A stretch of 64,000 nt of DNA. Source: an uncultured Gemmatimonadaceae bacterium (GTDB taxonomy: Bacteria > Gemmatimonadota > Gemmatimonadetes > Gemmatimonadales > Gemmatimonadaceae). The stretch lies in the NCBI GenBank assembly GCA_963829055.1, contig CAWHHI010000005.1, positions 96,001 through 160,000 on the forward strand. The letters run 5' to 3'. Within the stretch, counting starts at the first letter, position 1, and each line of letters begins with the position of its first letter. The position numbers and the translations under genes were made by a program. The notes below the pieces were generated by a model, which worked only from the letters and a program-made list of their open reading frames with translations, made no database searches and had not been told where the DNA came from. Positions 63,522 through 64,000 of this stretch are shown here, piece by piece.

Positions 63522-63768
63522 CGTGCGGATCGTGCAGCAGGCAATCAACGGCCCGGTGATAGACATGTTGCTATCATCGGGCCGTCGGTTGCGCTGATCG
63601 TTCCTCGCGCACGAACTGCACATCACGAACTTTACGAGGCGAACGTCCGTTTCGATGTACCGCAGTATGTAGTAACCCACGCAGCAACGTAGCACGGAGT
63701 CGTAGCACGCAGCGCACGGCAGGTAGCACAATGCATCAACACGTATCTCACATCGACAGGAGTAACGC

Positions 63769-64000
63769 ATGACAACTGCGCTTGGTCAGCTCATCGGGCG
63801 CCGACCGCGCATCACAGCGTGGTTCGTGATCGGGGCCTGCATTCTCCTCCCTGGTCACAACCTCCGCGCGCAAAACGCGGCGAACGTGCCCAACGACCCG
63901 CCGGCGGCGGGACCCACCAACCCATTCGCGCCTCGCGCCGCCGGACGCCGAGCATTCACCGGGACCGTCACGGGACGCGTGACGGACGCGCGCACCTCAG
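63769..64000 (+). CDS. Start of a probable further SusC-like receptor (partial)
   Basis: CAGGAG RBS, signal peptide, GTVTGRVTDART. Confidence 0.65.
   Translation, partial: MTTALGQLIGRRPRITAWFVIGACILLPGHNLRAQNAANVPNDPPAAGPTNPFAPRAAGRRAFTGTVTGRVTDARTS

Overview
High-GC (roughly 68-70% by eye) bacterial chromosomal segment. Gene content (ADOP permeases, SusC/SusD-like pair, many secreted peptidases) suggests Gemmatimonadota, which is an inference. It is mostly transport and catabolism: two ADOP permeases, three TonB-dependent receptors plus the start of a probable fourth, S41/tricorn/M1/CocE hydrolases, a di-heme cytochrome c peroxidase, a GalT-IMPase-GHMP kinase operon, an ABC exporter-DUF1854 pair and a GntR-linked GNAT/amino-acid permease locus. 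Many genes are split by single-base frameshifts, most likely long-read consensus errors. I saw no rRNA, tRNA, CRISPR, integrase or transposase. The strongest unexplained signal is the non-palindromic heptamer CCTAACG/CGTTAGG: 65 exact copies counted by eye (about one per kb), on both strands and inside genes in several reading frames. Other candidates are a structured RNA leader before an ankyrin gene, a leader-peptide attenuator ending RAP-stop, a CruR-like uORF before a TonB receptor, shared GntR-type operators, and several nested families of intergenic palindromic elements.
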